This document shows, in pieces, positions 58,687 to 64,000 of a stretch of DNA of 64,000 nt. How positions within the stretch are numbered: position 1 is the first letter of the stretch; every line of letters begins with the position of its first letter. Origin of the DNA: a virus (Duplodnaviria > Caudoviricetes). The stretch is taken from the IMG/VR virus record IMGVR_UViG_3300035505_000178; one strand, 5' to 3'. A program made the translations under genes and the position numbers. The notes beneath the pieces are model-generated. The model was not told the origin of the DNA. It saw only the letters and a program-made list of their open reading frames with translations, and ran no database searches.

Positions 58687-61600
58687 TATTTTTCATTTAA
58701 TAATTGATATGAGAAACATTCCACTTCTGCCTTTTTATTTTTACTACTAGTACCTGTTAATATTTTTTCAGGATCACTACAATATTTCTAAATATTAAAG
58801 TTAAACTATCTATCTATCTAATTATAACTAATTATTTTAGCTAAATTAGATTGCTTTGTTCCTCCTAAATATCCAAATACATCATCTTTATCGACTGGAA
58901 TATATAATCCATCTTGTTCTTTCCATTTATTATAATAAGGAATATTAGCAGAATTAAGTGATACAATAGTATCTCCAGAAACTACACCTATATCATCAAC
59001 ATCACAGTAATATGTTTCTCCGTCAATTTGACCAAGATCTCTATCAAGATTAGTATAGAAACTAGAAACAAGATTTGAAATTTCATAATTAATATTTAAC
59101 TGAACATTTAAATCTTGTTGTACAGGAGTAATAATAATATCAATATTGTTAGTACTAATATCACAATTTGCTTGATCCATTACAACTCTTACATAGTCAG
59201 AAAATGAAATTCCATTAAAAGTAAGTAAATCATCACTAATAAAATCGTCTTCTTCAAGTTCTAATCTCTTATATTCAAATTCAGATTGATTAATACTTAT
59301 TGTTGCATTCCAAGTCTAAACACCAGTAGTTAATTTAATAAAATTATTGGGAACTACTTTATTTAAAGTTCCTAATTCGCATCCACATATAGAATAAAAT
59401 ACTGAGTTTAATAAACTACATAATGTAATATTTTCTGAACTACTTTTCTTATATTTGACTAAAGTTTGAGTATAATTGTCTTTAGATAAATTATTTAAAC
59501 ATTTATAATATTCTTTATATCCATTCCATGCAGTGTTATATGCGTTTTCATATATACCAATTTCATCAGAAGTCCAAGTAGAATTTATATCATATTCTTG
59601 TTCATCTAAACTATAATCCGTTTTTCCTTTATACCAACCTTCATAATATACCTACTAATAATCCTATTCTATATTAGAAGTATCATATGTAGGCTCTGAA
59701 CAACTATCTCCTTCACCATATTTATACCAGTATGTAATAAACCAATCTCCAAGAAGATACCATAATTCCGATTGAGAATCTTTTACTAAAAAACTAAAAT
59801 ATGTATATCTTCCAGAATTATCAGTAGTTCTTATAGATTCTGAACCAATTTTTAAATCATCATCGTCTAATACACTTGAAAAAAAATATTTACTATTATC
59901 TGATCCATTTTTTATAGTATTTGGTAAAGTAACAACATATGTATTTTGTCCTCGTCTGTTGCAAGCTATTCCAACAGGTATAATTGAAAGATTAGGAGCT
60001 TTACTTGATAATGATTGAATGTGTTGTTGAAGAGTAGAATTATCAAATTTACAAGGATTGTCTTTAGTGATTGCTTTATAATCCTAAGCAATATAATTAT
60101 AATACATGTTCTATATAGAATCTTTACTGTCATCTGTTATTACTTGTATTCCTCCTACAATTGCTTGTAAATATGATCGTATCGCAATAAGATAAAAATA
60201 TTTTAAATATAATTGTCCATCAGAATGTAAAAAGAAATTATCAGAATTAGACATTCTAGTAAACTATTTAACTTTTACATTGTCAAACTTATTACCCATT
60301 ATTTTATTAAATCTAACTCCAGTTAAACCTAATGATATTCCATCAATAGTTGCTGCATAATTTAGACCAGATTTAGTATAAGTCTTTTCGTAATTTTCTT
60401 CATCGAAGAAATATAAGTCAAATGAGTCAACATAATTCTTACAAGCTTCAGCAGAATCGTATAATTCTTCATAATCATCTTCTGACTCAACTTTATCAAG
60501 AATAGAATTTTTTAAAGATAAACTAACATTCATAGAATCAAGTAATCCATTCTTATCCATATCAACATAAGAATCAAGATTAGAAGTATAATTACCTTCT
60601 TCTGAATACACAGGATCTTGATTAGTAATAGATTTATCTTTTATTTCTAATCCGAATGTAAGCTAACCTAAAGCATTTTTATTTAATGAAAATACGTCAT
60701 AAGAATCAACAACTGGAGTAATTGTTAATTTAACATTTTCTTTACAATCTTGATTCATTGTCATTACATTAGCTTGTAACTAAGTATATAATTCAGAAGT
60801 AGCTTCATCCTATAAACCTGTACGTTTATATGAATATCCATTTTGAACACATTTACTAGTATCTAACTAAACGTAATTATTTATTGCTAATTCAGGTTGT
60901 AATGAATCAAAATCATATATTGTTTGATAAGATTCATTAAATAATGTATTAGTATAATACCAACGATAAAACTCTTTAGTCTAAAGAGTTCCTACCATAA
61001 ATTCTCCCTAATCATCATATTGTCCATAGTTAATTATAATTTTAACTAAATATAACCAATTAGGATAAATTGTACCAGCATCATTATTATCATCAGTAAC
61101 TTGTAATCCATCATTACTATGAGTAAATATATCATTATTTGAATCTCTATCATTTAAATAATATCCTTTAGTATTTCCAAACTCAATATAATTTGTAAAT
61201 TTACCAGAATAAGAATTTAAACCGTTAATATGATAAGCGGCAGCTATACCTTGATTATCATAAAATTCAAAAGTTACATCCTTTACGTTTGAGTTTTCTT
61301 CTTCATAAACTTCTAATCCCCAACTTAAATTAGAAACACTACCTGAATTATAATATCTCCATTGAGTAAGTTTAATTGAATCAAAACCTAAATTTATTTT
61401 ACTAAAATCAATTTTATTACTTATTGAGTATTCTTCTAATACACCATAATCCATACAAGGAGCTACAGTATATTCCCAAATTAAATCAGAAATATAATTA
61501 TTACAAACTGTTCCATCATCAAATGTTCTATTAATTGGAATTTTAATTGAACCTATAAACTTGATGACATCTTTATTAAATTTATTATTAATTATATCAT

Positions 61601-63014
61601 CTGTAGGTACATAAATTTGATATTCATCTTTAATCTCTTTTTTACCGTTATTAAGTTCATAAAATTTATCAGAATTTATATATTCTTTTTCACCATTTTT
61701 AATTTCTGTAGGTTTATTATAACTTATTTCTCCATTAGTAGAGTTTAAATAACTATAGTAATATGTTCCTATATCATAAAGTCCTGTATCATAATATCTT
61801 AACGGATAAGCATTAATATATTCAGAATAACTAGAATCATCATAAAGTTTAATTAAATCTGATGACTTATCATTAATAATATTTTCAGAATTAGTATTAG
61901 AACATTTAGTAATTTCAATTATTTTTTTATCGTAATATTTAGTTCCATCATAATATGTACTAATTTTCATCCAATCTGGTTCTGTTACAGAAAGTTCATC
62001 CCTTTTCTACTCTTCTTTAGTATAGTTAGTATAATCAGATTTATATGTTTGATATTTATTACTAAAATTAGACTTTGTAAATGTAAAACCTTTGGGAACA
62101 ATATTATTATCACTAGAATCCCATTTTATATTAAAATAAATATTATAACATTTATAAGTATCACAATAACCTTCTTCATTTTCTGGTTTAATTTTTTCAA
62201 TACCAGTACTAACAACAGTATGAGTACAGCTAAATCCATCTATTTTTTCAAGTTCAAACATTAAAGCTAATTTACCTGAATTATTTGATTGAAATATAGA
62301 ATAAGCTGAACTTACTAAAGTTCTATATGAGTCTATGTCTTTCGAAATGCTAGTACTTGAATTATTTTCTATCATGTAATAATTACGAGGTAATATTTCT
62401 TTATCACCTTGTTTAACAGTATACCATTTAGTATTATCATTTAAATATGTTATTCTATTATTATCATCAATAGATACAATATTAATTTTTAAATATTTTG
62501 GTACTCTGCATTGTTTTTCCTAAGCATAATCTGAAAGAACACTAAAATTATTATCAAGATTTGTTGTGTAAACAATGTATTTATCTCCAGGATTTAATTT
62601 CTTTGAGAATTGTTTACTTATTGTTGTTGCTTTTAATTTTCCAGTTGGTTCATCACCTATCATCTCTTGAAACTCAGATGTTTGTAACTAAAGCGTTGAA
62701 TCATCTGTTTCCTCAGTACTGATATTTCTTTCTGGACTAGGAAAGCAACCAATCTAAGATTTATTTTTTAATGGATTATAAGATACTACATAAATAATAT
62801 CTCCGAACTAACAAGTACCTATAGGTACATATCCATCAGGTAATCTAGCTGTTTCTACTCTTGCATTACCCATATCATTTTGTAATTGCATCTCATTACC
62901 ATTCATTGTAACAAGAGTAGCATTTAGAGCACTTGTCATAATGGTGGCACCTGTATTTTCAGGTGTTAAATCCATTACAAGTCCGTCTGAAAATGAGTTT
63001 TTAGCTTCAGGCAT
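58686..63014 (-). CDS. tail stabilization-like protein L (~1442 aa, TAG read through)
   Basis: N-terminal NSFSDGLVMD...ALNAT...LQNDMGN...QIGCFPSP; five fragments in frame; TAATG overlap with K. Confidence 0.75.
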
Positions 63015-63621
63015 TATTTCTCTTTTTATATTTTTTTACTTTATCTTTTCTAAATTGATAATCATAGTTACTAACTAATATATCACTGAATTTTAATGGT
63101 TCTCGTTCTAATATTAATTCTGCTTTATCAGAAATATAATTTTCTTTATATCTTATAAATCCTAAATCCACTGGACAAGGAACTCTAAATATTGCAACAT
63201 AACTACTTCTATCTAAATTACATTCATCAAATAATTTATAAAGATAAACATTACCATATTCTAAATACTTCTTAGGTCTACCTCTTCGTTTTATTTGACT
63301 CTTAAATTTTTCATATTGTGAATTAGTTAAAGCAAAATAATAATATCCGTCCCACTATACTTTCCATCTAACATACATTGTTCTCATTTTCATTATCATT
63401 TTTCTCTTATAATAAGCGAAATATTTTAAAGAATCATTCATTAATTCTCCCGAATAAAACCAATAACGACTGTTAGAAATACCAACATCTCCACCGTAAT
63501 TATTATGTATCAATAAAGATTTAAATCCATATTGTAAAATTCGTTTTATATCTGAAAGAGGAATATCTGGATAATCTTTTGCAATTTCAGTATAATAGTC
63601 TTGAATTGTTTTCTAAATCAT
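63007..63621 (-). CDS. HU/IHF-like DNA-binding protein M with AT-hook (~204 aa, TAG read through; absent from the ORF track)
   Basis: MIQKTIQDYYTEIAKDYPDIPLSDIKRILQYGF...GGDV; KRRGRPKK; TGA stop overlaps the start of L. Confidence 0.65.
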
Positions 63622-63635
63622 ATGTTATAAATTTA

Positions 63636-63671
63636 TTACTAATATAGTTTAAATATTAATAATTTCCAAAT
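63636..63671 (-). promoter_or_regulatory. possible Bacteroidota-like promoter variant
   Basis: TTTG-N20-TATATTAG, one mismatch to the TTTG...TAnnTTTG consensus, in an intergenic gap. Confidence 0.3.
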
Positions 63672-63684
63672 TAATATTCTTGTA

Positions 63685-63981
63685 TTAGTAATTTTTCCCA
63701 GCATTTACATGTTCAGTAATTCTATCTCTATCTTTAGCTGATAGATAAATAGGCTTCATTTTAGATATTTTCTTTTTATTTTGAATATCAAGGACTAACT
63801 AGTATCCTGTAAAGTTAGAAGTAATGAAATCAACATCATTCCATTTACCTCTTTTAAATGCTTTTTTAAATTTATCTCCTTCTGTTCTTTTCATGTACAT
63901 ATAAGCTGTTTTAGTGCTTACTCCTGGAAATTTAAAATGTACATTATTATCTATAATATCATCTGTAACTTTCTAAAGTGT
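63685..63981 (-). CDS. 3' part of a putative IHF-like crAss virion-module protein (partial, TAG read through)
   Basis: TLQKVTDDIIDNNVHFKFP...RITEHVNAGKNY-TAA, open apart from two TAGs. Confidence 0.6.
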
Positions 63982-64000
63982 AATGATACGGCGACCACCG
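63982..64000 (+). other. Illumina P5 adapter sequence (artefact)
   Basis: AATGATACGGCGACCACCG is an exact match to the start of the P5 adapter. Confidence 0.95.

Noticed and set aside
18881-62264. Plus-strand and off-frame ORFs in the - block (e.g. 47243..47602, 51678..52103, 36579..36773, 51920..52174)
   Set aside because: Antisense or alternate-frame shadows of the long recoded genes
15368-63014. Dozens of short minus-strand ORFs as separate genes or as a decayed, pseudogenised prophage
   Set aside because: The breaks I checked are TAG, frames are continuous, catalytic motifs are intact and true ends abut the next start; recoding explains this and decay does not
1-64000. Suppressor tRNA, CRISPR array, diversity-generating retroelement, integrase, inteins
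   Set aside because: Intergenic gaps are tiny and show no cloverleaf or repeat-spacer pattern, and I recognised no RT, integrase or intein motifs; I could miss divergent cases by eye

Overview
This window is a 64-kb piece of a crAss-like (Crassvirales-type) phage genome, AT-rich and probably infecting Bacteroidota. It has two convergent blocks. The + strand block (1-15172) holds tightly overlapping replication, nucleotide-metabolism and accessory genes readable in the standard code: dUTPase, ATP-dependent DNA ligase, Thg1, a sigma70-like factor, family B DNA polymerase, thioredoxin, ThyX and a metallophosphoesterase. The - strand block (15272-63981) looks shredded in the ORF track because TAG is a sense codon there (most likely Gln, code 15). 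Reading through TAG joins the fragments, all in frame, into 14 abutting virion genes, including a ~3475-aa virion RNA polymerase, a ~3160-aa protein with an SF1 helicase domain, zincin and PD-(D/E)XK proteins, a tail lysozyme, two tail stabilization/muzzle-like proteins and IHF-like proteins. I inferred these gene lengths from frame arithmetic and partial manual translation; I did not check every codon. Two related ORF-less group I introns each split a catalytic aspartate motif: PolB NT|DG and RNAP GSDY|DID. The most novel-looking signal is that the four giant RNAP-block proteins carry a terminal Cys on both sides of every internal gene junction but not at the two outer ends, which suggests head-to-tail linking of ejected cargo. 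The last 19 nt are Illumina P5 adapter.
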